From: an uncultured delta proteobacterium
Lineage (GTDB): Bacteria; Desulfobacterota; Binatia; UBA9968
Reading direction: 5' to 3'
Length of the DNA stretch: 64,000 bases
Assembly (NCBI GenBank): GCA_963728565.1
Contig: CAVSLC010000014.1
Coordinates: forward strand, 32,001 to 96,000
This document shows, piece after piece, positions 9,826-18,229 of this stretch. Each line of letters begins with the position of its first letter. The stretch's first letter is position 1. The translations under genes were made by a program, and so were the position numbers. The notes beneath the pieces are model-generated. The model saw only the letters and a list, made by a program, of their open reading frames with translations, searched no databases and was not told the origin of the DNA.

Positions 9826-11025
9826 ATGCCGACGAATGTCATCATGCCCGCCCTCGGCGTAGCCCAAGAAAAAGGCACGCTGATCAACTGGCTCAAGGCC
9901 GAAGGTCAGACAGTGACTAAAGGCGAGCCGCTGATGGAGGTCGAGACCGACAAAGCAACGGTCGAAATCGAAGCGGCGGCCTCAGGAGTTCTGATAAACG
10001 TCACCGCGGCCGCTGGGGACGAAGTGCCGGTTGGTCACACTATCGCGCTGATCCTGGCGCCGGGCGAAACTATACCGGAACCAGCGACTGCCCCAGCATC
10101 CGCCTCAATAAAAGAAATTTCCCCACAAGCGTCTGCCGAGTCTAAGCTCGAGGATAGAGCTGAAACTCGAAAGCCAACACCGCGAATTCCAGGCTCGCGC
10201 ATTTTAGCCTCCCCGGCAGCCAGGAGAATCGCGCGCGAAGAAGGGATCGATCTCGGAGCCTTGAACGGTAGCGGTCCGGAGGGCAGCGTGCTAATCGCGG
10301 ATGTACGGCGGGCCAAAGAAAAACAAACGCCTGAACCGGCAGCGGCGCAGCGGGTCAGCCGGCTGGTGCCGCTAAGCCCGATGCGCCGGATTGTCGGCGA
10401 GCGCATGACCCAGAGCAAACAGAGCGCGCCGCACTTCTATATCAGCATGGATATCGACATGACAGCCATTGTCGGGATGAGAAATAGATGGAAGCAGCGC
10501 GGCGAGAGAACGCTTCCATCAATCAACGATTTTGTCTTGAGCGCCTGCGCCCTTACCTTGAAAGATTTTCCCATCTTGAATGCAAGATTTACCCAGGAAG
10601 GAATCGAGTTTTTGCCAGAGATCAACATCGGCATGGCGGTGGCTCTCGAAGAAGGTCTGGTGGTGCCGGTCATTCGTAATGCTGACCGGCTGAGCCTCGG
10701 CGACATGGCGCAACAGAGCCGGCAATTGTCCGATAAAGCACAACACAAGAAATTATTGCCCTTCGATTACGAAGGCGGAACTTTCACGGTCTCCAACCTC
10801 GGCATGCTCGGGGTCGACAATTTCGTCGCGATCATTAATCCGCCGCAATGCGCTATTCTCGCGGTGGGCCGCGTTGCGCCGCGTGCCGTCGCCGATGAAG
10901 TCGGCATCGCGGTGCGATCGATAATGACCGCCACATTGTCCGCCGATCATCGCGTCGCCGATGGAGCGATCGCCGCGCGCTTCCTGGCGGAATTCAAGCG
11001 ACGCATGGAAAACCCTGATCGTTGA
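9826..11025 (+). CDS. Dihydrolipoamide acyltransferase E2
   Basis: Lipoyl motif VETDKAT, E3-binding ASPAARRIARE..IDL..L.GSGP.G, catalytic DHRVADG. Confidence 0.93.
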   Translation: MPTNVIMPALGVAQEKGTLINWLKAEGQTVTKGEPLMEVETDKATVEIEAAASGVLINVTAAAGDEVPVGHTIALILAPGETIPEPATAPASASIKEISPQASAESKLEDRAETRKPTPRIPGSRILASPAARRIAREEGIDLGALNGSGPEGSVLIADVRRAKEKQTPEPAAAQRVSRLVPLSPMRRIVGERMTQSKQSAPHFYISMDIDMTAIVGMRNRWKQRGERTLPSINDFVLSACALTLKDFPILNARFTQEGIEFLPEINIGMAVALEEGLVVPVIRNADRLSLGDMAQQSRQLSDKAQHKKLLPFDYEGGTFTVSNLGMLGVDNFVAIINPPQCAILAVGRVAPRAVADEVGIAVRSIMTATLSADHRVADGAIAARFLAEFKRRMENPDR

Positions 11026-11032
11026 TTTTCGC

Positions 11033-11818
11033 ATGACCCGGATCGTCATTCGAAATCTCACCAAGACTTACAGCGGTGGCAATGTCATCGCCCTGCAGGA
11101 TATCAATATCGACATTGAGCCCTACGAAAGCATTTGCATTTTGGGGCCGAGCGGTTGCGGTAAGACGACGTTGCTGCGAATCATCGACTGCCTGATACCG
11201 CGCGACTGCGGCGAAGTTATCATGAACGGCGCTCCGGTCACACAGCCGCGCCCTGATATCGCAATGGTCTTTCAACATTTCGGTCTCTTTCCGTGGAAGC
11301 GGCTCGAGCAAAACATTGCCTATGGCCTGGAGCTCAGAGGTCGTTCGAGAGATGAAACGTCTGCAACCATCGCGCGCTATCTCGAGCTCATGGGGCTCAA
11401 GGGTTTTGAGAAATCTTATCCGCATCAACTCTCCGGCGGCATGCAGCAGCGCGCTGGATTGGCGCGCGCTCTGGCTGTAAACCCGTCGCTTTTACTGATG
11501 GACGAGCCCTTCGGTTCCCTCGACGCGCAGACCCGTGAAATGATGCAGGAGGAGCTGCTGCGGATTCTGGAAACCGAAAAGAAGACGATGATTTTTGTCA
11601 CCCACAGTATCGACGAAGCGATCCTTCTCGGCGATCGCATCGTCATGATGTCGCGTCGTCCCGGGCGCATCCAGGGAGTCATTCCGGTCGATATCCCGCG
11701 CCCGCGAAAGATCATGTCAGTGCGAGCTCATCCTCGCTATATCGCGCTCCGCAATATGCTGTGGGAAATGCTCACGCAGAACCTCGATAGCGCCGCCACA
11801 TCCAAGAATGCCCAATGA
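11033..11818 (+). CDS. NitT/TauT ABC transporter ATP-binding protein
   Basis: GPSGCGKT, LSGGMQQR, LLMDEPFGSLD, FVTHSIDEA. Confidence 0.93.
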   Translation: MTRIVIRNLTKTYSGGNVIALQDINIDIEPYESICILGPSGCGKTTLLRIIDCLIPRDCGEVIMNGAPVTQPRPDIAMVFQHFGLFPWKRLEQNIAYGLELRGRSRDETSATIARYLELMGLKGFEKSYPHQLSGGMQQRAGLARALAVNPSLLLMDEPFGSLDAQTREMMQEELLRILETEKKTMIFVTHSIDEAILLGDRIVMMSRRPGRIQGVIPVDIPRPRKIMSVRAHPRYIALRNMLWEMLTQNLDSAATSKNAQ

Positions 11819-12570
11819 ATCGAAAGATCATAGTTCGTTTGATTTCCCTGATATTCGTTCTTCTCATCTGGGAATATTACGGCCGGCGAGTAAATCCGAT
11901 TCTGTTCACCTATCCTTCGGCGATCGCCCGTGCGTTCCTCACCCTGGTCGCCAATGGCGAGCTGCAAAGCTACATGAAAGAAAGCCTGTTGGTGCTGGCT
12001 TATGCGTCGGTTCTTTCGGTATCGGCCGGTGTTCTACTCGGCGTGGTCATGGGACGTTTCTCGATAATCGAGTGGGCCGCCGATATCTATGTCAATGCGC
12101 TGTACTCCACACCCATGGTCGCGGTGGTTCCGTTGATTGTTCTCTGGTTCGGTTTCAAGGTTCCCGCCAAGGTCATCATCGTGTTTCTATTCATGGTTTT
12201 CCCGGTGCTTCTCAACACCTATGAGGGAGTGAAAAACGTCGATCGCAATCTCCAAGAGGTCGCTCGCTCTTTTTGCTCGAGCGAGAGCCAGCTCTGGCGC
12301 CATCTGATCATTCCATCGGCCGTTCCCTTCATCGTGGCCGGCGTTCGCCTGGCCATCGGCCGCGGTCTGGTCGGGATGATCGTCGCCGAGTTCTATACAT
12401 CCGTCACCGGACTGGGCTATATGATCGTCCGCTACGCCAATGCCCTGGAAACCGACAAACTCTTTGTTCCCATCGTCGTGGTTATGATACTAGGAGTTGG
12501 CTTACTATCATTGGCAAAATGGGTCGAAGGTCGCATCGCTCCCTGGAGAAACTCTGAAAATCGAGAATGA
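11815..12570 (+). CDS. NitT/TauT ABC transporter permease
   Basis: TM helices, EAA-like loop (LQEVARSF), GMIVAEF...GLGY motif of the SsuC/TauC family. Confidence 0.92.
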   Translation: MNRKIIVRLISLIFVLLIWEYYGRRVNPILFTYPSAIARAFLTLVANGELQSYMKESLLVLAYASVLSVSAGVLLGVVMGRFSIIEWAADIYVNALYSTPMVAVVPLIVLWFGFKVPAKVIIVFLFMVFPVLLNTYEGVKNVDRNLQEVARSFCSSESQLWRHLIIPSAVPFIVAGVRLAIGRGLVGMIVAEFYTSVTGLGYMIVRYANALETDKLFVPIVVVMILGVGLLSLAKWVEGRIAPWRNSENRE

Positions 12571-12614
12571 TATTCATGAAAATCTGTTTGATTCTTGGGG
12601 GATGAAAGCTCGAA

Positions 12615-12756
12615 GCGAAGGGGCAAGCCTGGAGATTGCAGACGTAGAACCGTGCAGGTGCTGCCAGGCCCGAACTGCTGGAATCAGCACCCCTTTGGGG
12701 TGGGGGGCCTTGGAGCCGGAGACCCATCGGCTGTGGCCGGCGGCTTGTCCCTTTGC
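12615..12756 (+). ncRNA. Candidate structured RNA or palindromic repeat between permease and SBP
   Basis: 15-bp closing stem GCGAAGGGGCAAGCC / GGCTTGTCCCTTTGC, fully paired with two G-U on the + strand, enclosing several hairpins. Confidence 0.45.
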
Positions 12757-12788
12757 ATCACTTCGGATGAATCCAAAAAGGAGGCTTT

Positions 12789-13805
12789 ATGAGAAAAGCT
12801 GCTATTCTGATACTTGCGTCGGTCGGCTTGGTACTAGGACTTCATTCCGCCGAAGCTCAGAGCAAACGCAAGGTTGTGTTCGGCGTGCCGGTTACCCCGC
12901 CCAATGTGGTGCACATTCCACCGTATATCGCCAAGGAAATGAATTTCTTCGGCGAGCAAAACATCGATGTCGAATTGGTGACGTTTGAAGGAGGCACACA
13001 AACTTTGAGAGGAAGCGTGGCCGGCGGCCTCGATATTACCGGTACCAGTTCCGATCCGGCGATTATCGCCGCCGCCAGAGGCGCCGGAACAAAAGTCCTG
13101 GGCACATACTCACATAAGCTTTCGCAATCGATGCTGGTTCAGGGTGACATCAAAAGCTGCAAAGACCTAAAAGGACGAAAGATCGGTATCCAGGAAGTCG
13201 GCGCGTTCAACGAGGTGATGAGCCGGGCCGTTCTGGCAAGCTGCGGTCTCACACCCAAGGACGTCGACTATGTGCCCGTGAGCACCAAAGGACGCGTGGC
13301 TGGACTGCTGAGCAACCAAATCGACACGGCAATCCTTCATGTCGATCAGGCGATTGTCGCCAAAAAGAAAAAACCGGAGCTCAACATTCTCGTGAATCTT
13401 TGGGAACCGCTGCCTAAATGGCTTTACGCCGCTTACATCGCGCCGGAGAAAGAGATCGCCGGCAACCGCCAGCTTTACATCGACATCATGACCGCATTGG
13501 TCAAGGCGAATCGGTTTATCTACAGCAACAAAGCCAAAACCGTGGAGATCGCGGTGAAATATACGCAGCAGGATGCCGATGCCATCGGTCAGACCTACGA
13601 TATTTTGGCCAATGCGGGAGCCTGGCCTGTCAACGAGGGCCTGCCCAAGGACATGGTCGCGTGGACCGTCGACAAACAGGTGGAATTAGGCAGCATCAAA
13701 GCCGCGGAGAAACCGACTTATGAAAAGCTCATCGATATTTCCATCATCGAAGCGGCTATCGCCAAGGCCGGCGGACGTTTGAAGGGCGATAAGCGCTGGG
13801 ATTGA
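12789..13805 (+). CDS. NitT/TauT (NMT1/THI5-like) substrate-binding protein
   Basis: Signal peptide, DLKGRKIGI, GLTPKDVDYV; follows the ATPase and permease. Confidence 0.9.
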   Translation: MRKAAILILASVGLVLGLHSAEAQSKRKVVFGVPVTPPNVVHIPPYIAKEMNFFGEQNIDVELVTFEGGTQTLRGSVAGGLDITGTSSDPAIIAAARGAGTKVLGTYSHKLSQSMLVQGDIKSCKDLKGRKIGIQEVGAFNEVMSRAVLASCGLTPKDVDYVPVSTKGRVAGLLSNQIDTAILHVDQAIVAKKKKPELNILVNLWEPLPKWLYAAYIAPEKEIAGNRQLYIDIMTALVKANRFIYSNKAKTVEIAVKYTQQDADAIGQTYDILANAGAWPVNEGLPKDMVAWTVDKQVELGSIKAAEKPTYEKLIDISIIEAAIAKAGGRLKGDKRWD

Positions 13806-13806
13806 G

Positions 13807-14031
13807 CCCGGATTCCGCAGTTAAAGGGAAGTGATGAGCGAAGAGTAAACTTGCGCAGCGAAGACCATGCGTTTCTACCTCTGAGAAACCGACAGTTGTC
13901 AGTGCGGCGCGTAACGGCGTTAAGCAAATAGAGGCGGCGAGCCAGCATCAAAAAGACTTTGAAATTGAAGGCTCCGGTGCCTTCGCTCCGCCAGTTTTGC
14001 CCTTCGCTAAGTTTTAACCGCAGAATCCGGG
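13807..14031. mobile_element. MITE (~225 bp) with IS1380-like terminal inverted repeats
   Basis: Left CCCGGATTCCGCAGTTAA versus reverse complement of right end CCCGGATTCTGCGGTTAA (16/18); further imperfect internal symmetry; flanks TTGAG and ATGAG (4/5 possible TSD). Confidence 0.6.
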
Positions 14032-14055
14032 ATGAGGAGCGAAGCCATAGCCTGA

Positions 14056-14991
14056 TCACGGTTCGATGGAAATGTGCGACTGATGATTTTCTAAATACCA
14101 CGACGCAATCGCCTCCCGGCTGGCAAACCAAACGTTTTTGTGCGAAGCCGCATACTCGATGAAGTCCCGTAGCGCACGAACGCGAAACGGTTGCCCCATG
14201 ACATGAGGATGTAAGCCGAAGTTCATGATCCGGCCGGTCTTGTGGCTTTCTTCATAGAGCTGGTCGAAGCACATTTTCAGTGTCTCGAGGCCGGCTGAAG
14301 TCGACATCCCGCCACGCGCGAACAGATTGAAGTCGTTGACATCGTTGGAATAGGGCACGCAAACAATTTGTCCGTGCAATGTCTGAATCAAGTAGGGCTG
14401 GTCGTCGTTTAAGTAATCGCAATAAGCGATCACGCCAAATTCTCTGAGAAACGCCGGTGTGTGCAAAGTGCCCCGGATCGCTGAAGAGAGCCATGCCTTG
14501 GCCGGCCGGCCGACCACTTCCTGGTATTTATCGAGCGTGCGTCTAATGACGGCGCGCTCTTCATCAGGCTGATTTGCGTAAAAGGTAAGCAGATCGTTTT
14601 GCGCCCAATTGTGCGGCACCAGCTCCCAGCCGCGCTCGTTTACCGCATCGACGATGCGCCGCCGCTCTACCATGGTCAAGCCGTTGATCGTGCACGATGG
14701 TTTGACTCCGCTCTTGTCAAATAAATCGATTAGCCGCCAGATGCCGATGCGCTGGCCGTATTCGCGCCATGTCCAATTTGCCGTATCGAGAACATCGCCG
14801 GGCAGCGCGTGCGGTATCGTCATCGGTCCGCCGGTAAACAGCGGTTCCTTCTGACCCGGACGGGATTTCTCCCAGTATTCGATATTGATGGTCAGGATGA
14901 TCGCGAGTCTCGCGCCATTAGGGAAGCGCAAGGGCCCGCGGTCGGGCAGCGCCACATATTTATAAGAAGACGGTGATTCTTCGTTGCTCAT
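14056..14991 (-). CDS. Polysaccharide deacetylase family (PuuE/allantoinase-like)
   Basis: PNGARLA...NIEYW, WREYGQRIGIWR, DDQPY, VPYS..NDF, LHPHVMGQPFR. Confidence 0.88.
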   Translation of the reverse strand: MSNEESPSSYKYVALPDRGPLRFPNGARLAIILTINIEYWEKSRPGQKEPLFTGGPMTIPHALPGDVLDTANWTWREYGQRIGIWRLIDLFDKSGVKPSCTINGLTMVERRRIVDAVNERGWELVPHNWAQNDLLTFYANQPDEERAVIRRTLDKYQEVVGRPAKAWLSSAIRGTLHTPAFLREFGVIAYCDYLNDDQPYLIQTLHGQIVCVPYSNDVNDFNLFARGGMSTSAGLETLKMCFDQLYEESHKTGRIMNFGLHPHVMGQPFRVRALRDFIEYAASHKNVWFASREAIASWYLENHQSHISIEP

Positions 14992-15201
14992 GTGCGCATC
15001 CAGTTATAATAGAGGCCAGACATGAAAATGAACTTGGACTGACCAGTAAAAGATTCTAATTGAGATTTTAATCGCGTGGCACGAACTATAGTCGGCAACC
15101 ATGGCAGTGGAGCAATACAGGGAAGGAAGTCATTGTATTCGGGTAATCCGCCGTGCGATATTTCGCAGCAACTGGACTACGAGCGCAAATGGAGGTGCGA
15201 T

Positions 15202-16218
15202 ATGACAAGGCATCATCTCTATCGTTGGTTGAATGCCATCGTGCTTTTCCTGCTGCTGTTGGACTCGCCAGTGGTTCTCGCGCAGCCGATCAACATTGAG
15301 GCGGCCAGGAAAGAAGGCAAGGTGATCGCCTACGGTACGATTATCCCCCAGGTGATGGAGCCGCTGCACCGTAATCTGGAGAAAAAATATGGCGTCAAGG
15401 TAGAATACTGGCGCGCGTCGGCGACTCAAGTGATGGAGCGCGCGCTCTCGGAATGGCAGGCGGGCCGGCCGGGCTTCGATGTTACTTTTGCCATCAACGG
15501 TGCTCAGGCTATTCTCAAGCAGGCAGGCGTCTTCGCGAAGTACACGCCGGCGTCGGCTGAAAAGTTTCCCGCCGCCTTCAAGGACAAAGACGGCTTGGTC
15601 ACCGCGTGGCGCCATACGCCGATCGGTGTGCTTTACAACACCGATCTGGTTCCGGCGGCGGACGCGCCGAAAAGCCTGGATGATCTTTTGCACCCAAAGT
15701 GGAAGGGAAAGATCGCTCTTCCCGATGCATCGCGCCATACCAGCACGGCGCAATTTCTCGTGAGCCTGAGGAAGATCAAAGGTGAAGGCTGGATCGATTA
15801 TGTCAAAGCGTTGGCCAAACAGGCGCCGCTGCTCAAAGAATCATTTGCCCCGGTGCCCAACGATATCCTGCGCGGCGAAGTGACCCTCGGATTTACCTAT
15901 CTCCAGTACGTCTATCAGAACAAAGGGCCTTTGGGCTACGTGTTGATGGACAAGATCCTCACCGATACCAACGATCTCGGTTTGAGCGCCAAGGCGACGA
16001 ATTCCAACGCCGCCAAACTCTACATGGAATATCTCTGCTCTCCAGAGGGACAGAAGCTGGTGGCGGACCTCGGCGAGTTCGTGTTGTCGCCCGGTATCTA
16101 TCCCCCGGTCAAGGATGCCGATAAAATCACGGCCAACAGCATCTTCATGGATAATCCTTCAGCGGAGGAATACAAAAAGCTCAGCGCCGAGTTCCGCCAG
16201 ATTTTTTTCGGGAAGTAG
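15202..16218 (+). CDS. Extracellular solute-binding protein (iron/thiamine-type family), orphan
   Basis: Signal peptide, AARKEGKV, YNTDLV...APKSLDDLLHPKWKGKI, AAKLYMEYL.S.EGQ; RBS GGAGG. Confidence 0.85.
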   Translation: MTRHHLYRWLNAIVLFLLLLDSPVVLAQPINIEAARKEGKVIAYGTIIPQVMEPLHRNLEKKYGVKVEYWRASATQVMERALSEWQAGRPGFDVTFAINGAQAILKQAGVFAKYTPASAEKFPAAFKDKDGLVTAWRHTPIGVLYNTDLVPAADAPKSLDDLLHPKWKGKIALPDASRHTSTAQFLVSLRKIKGEGWIDYVKALAKQAPLLKESFAPVPNDILRGEVTLGFTYLQYVYQNKGPLGYVLMDKILTDTNDLGLSAKATNSNAAKLYMEYLCSPEGQKLVADLGEFVLSPGIYPPVKDADKITANSIFMDNPSAEEYKKLSAEFRQIFFGK

Positions 16219-16374
16219 AAAAATGAGAACTACACGTCCCGCTAAGACGTCCGATCACCCGATCACGCGGTTAACAAGCCTCCTCCTTGCCGAGGCGCGC
16301 GATTCAATTATGTTTGGTTGTCTCATTTTACCTATTACCGATTGTCAGACGGTTTACGTTGAGAGGAGCACAAG

Positions 16375-16807
16375 ATGGTCAGACACGAAGTTCGCGCGCA
16401 ACAGCTTGAGCAAGTCCGGGGATAATCTCAAAGGAGAGTTCGAGAGCAAAGATGTCGAAAAAACCCTTGCGACCATGGTTGAAGATGCTCGGTCAACCAC
16501 ATGCCTGTGAACACGGGCGGAACTTAAAGATGCCTTGCGGCGACGATTTTATTCCCTCGTGGCCCGACGATTTTAAAATCTTCCCCATCAACCGGGTCAT
16601 CGGAGAGGGGCAAATCGTCGATGAGCTGCGCCTTAGTTTACGCATTCGAGCCGATGCCGTGGCTCTTGCCAGACATAACCCCGACCTCGAGAAAAATCGT
16701 CCTCGACGTCGTGGTCGTCGCCCAGTTGCGGCGACAAACTCGCTTCTGAGCGCATCTATTGGGACCACGCTAACGTCTTGCGTCAAGTGGGCCTCCTAAA
16801 CGCATAA
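16375..16807 (+). pseudogene. SnoaL-like / ester cyclase family protein, heavily disrupted
   Basis: Fragments EFESKDVEKTLATM, VNHMPVNTGG, FIPSWPDD..NRVIGEGQIVDE, MPWLLP and ERIYWDHANVLRQVGLL lie in shifting frames. Confidence 0.7.
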
Positions 16808-16873
16808 GAGTTGTGCCGAACAAATGTCATGAGCGGCGGCGGCTCGAATCCGAATCGCTAACAGCCGGTTTGT

Positions 16874-17920
16874 TTATTTTTGGGCCGCAGTCACCTCCGT
16901 GATCTCCCGAAATTTAGAGAGAAGCCCAGCCTCGACCGTATAAAGATCAGCGACAATCTTTGCTATGCTCGGTCCATCTATGGGACTGACAACCAAACTG
17001 GCCTTTTTGGTCTCTGCCAAGAATCCGGGATCCTTCATGGTTTCCATAAACGCCTTCTGAAGGATGAGCAAGCGATCATTCGGCAACCCGGGGGGCACCG
17101 AGAATGCGATGGCAGAGGGTCCGTAAGCCTGATATCCAAAGCGGAGCAGATCCTGTCCTTCTTTTGTTTTGGCCTGCTTGATCGCAACCGGAACGTTTGT
17201 CAGATCGGGATGAGGCTCGAGCGTCGTCTGGATTACGGGGCGCACGAAGCCGGATTCAACTGCCTTCGCCCATGTCACCTTGATGGAATCCCATCCCCAA
17301 CAGGCGCCGTCGATTTCGCCGGACTCGGCGGCAAGCCGGATGTCGGAGGTTCCCTTGAAACCCTCGATGACACTGATGGGAAGACCGAGAAATGCTTTGA
17401 GCAGTTGGGGTAAGGCCGAGGTGGCATTGCCCGGACCGAGACTCCCGAGTTTGATGGGTTTTTTAGACGCGGACCACTCCTCCAAAGTTTTCACTCCGCT
17501 GTTCTCGGTTACAACGCAAGCATGCCGCTCGGGAGCCGGCGTCCCAAGCCAGCCGAACTTGCGCCCATCGAACATCGGCCCTTGATCCCCCAACACATGC
17601 TTGAAAATCATCGAACCCGAGAAAAGCCCGATTGTCAGGCCGTCGCGCGAGGCGTTGTTATAAATGTGATTGGCGGCGATGAGATTTCCGGCACCGGGCA
17701 TGTTCTGAACCACGCTGCCAGGATTTCCGGGAATGTGTTTTCCCATGTGACGCGCGGTTATCCGGGCATAGGTGTCGAAGCCTCCGCCGGGCGCGGTGCC
17801 GACAATAAAGAGGAGACTTTTCCCGCTATAGAAATCTTGCCCAAAAGCCGAATGCGCGATAGCAAAAGCAAGGACCCATGCGCCTGCAAACGTCAACAGT
17901 CGCAAAAAATCGAGAGACAT
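16874..17920 (-). CDS. Bug/TctC tripartite tricarboxylate transporter substrate-binding protein
   Basis: GGGFDTYAR, HIPGNP..VVQNMPGAG, G..DIRLAAESGEIDG, PPGLP.DR. Confidence 0.88.
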   Translation of the reverse strand: MSLDFLRLLTFAGAWVLAFAIAHSAFGQDFYSGKSLLFIVGTAPGGGFDTYARITARHMGKHIPGNPGSVVQNMPGAGNLIAANHIYNNASRDGLTIGLFSGSMIFKHVLGDQGPMFDGRKFGWLGTPAPERHACVVTENSGVKTLEEWSASKKPIKLGSLGPGNATSALPQLLKAFLGLPISVIEGFKGTSDIRLAAESGEIDGACWGWDSIKVTWAKAVESGFVRPVIQTTLEPHPDLTNVPVAIKQAKTKEGQDLLRFGYQAYGPSAIAFSVPPGLPNDRLLILQKAFMETMKDPGFLAETKKASLVVSPIDGPSIAKIVADLYTVEAGLLSKFREITEVTAAQK

Positions 17921-17959
17921 AGGAACCTCCTTAACTGTTTTTTTGCATTCGGGATGCTT

Positions 17960-18229
17960 TTAGCCGGTTGAGCGAGCGTTGGGCACTTCCAGCAAGTCGG
18001 AATCGAGTAACACGCCGCATGATGGGCAGTAAAGTTTCTCAAGCAAATAGTAACCTTCAAGGTCAGTCATAAGAGCTCCGGCATGAACCGGCGGAAAAAT
18101 TCTTCTAGTGCACGTCTTTTTCCAGTCTTCTCCTAATCGGCAGAGGATTCGGGAGCATCTGCTGCATCGGATCGTCTTATCCGAGGAATCACCAAGCACC
18201 TCTAAGTTTTCACGATACGGATAACTCAT
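17960..18229 (-). CDS. Acetone carboxylase gamma subunit-like Zn-binding protein
   Basis: IRCSRC..LC...EDWK and YCPSCGVLLD; coupled to the hydantoinase B gene. Confidence 0.75.
   Translation of the reverse strand: MSYPYRENLEVLGDSSDKTIRCSRCSRILCRLGEDWKKTCTRRIFPPVHAGALMTDLEGYYLLEKLYCPSCGVLLDSDLLEVPNARSTG

Noticed and set aside
12615-12756. Cobalamin riboswitch (AGCCGGAGACC resembles the B12 box)
   Set aside because: The other conserved elements (GGGAA, GCCACTG, CCCGCAACTGT) are not present in the right order.
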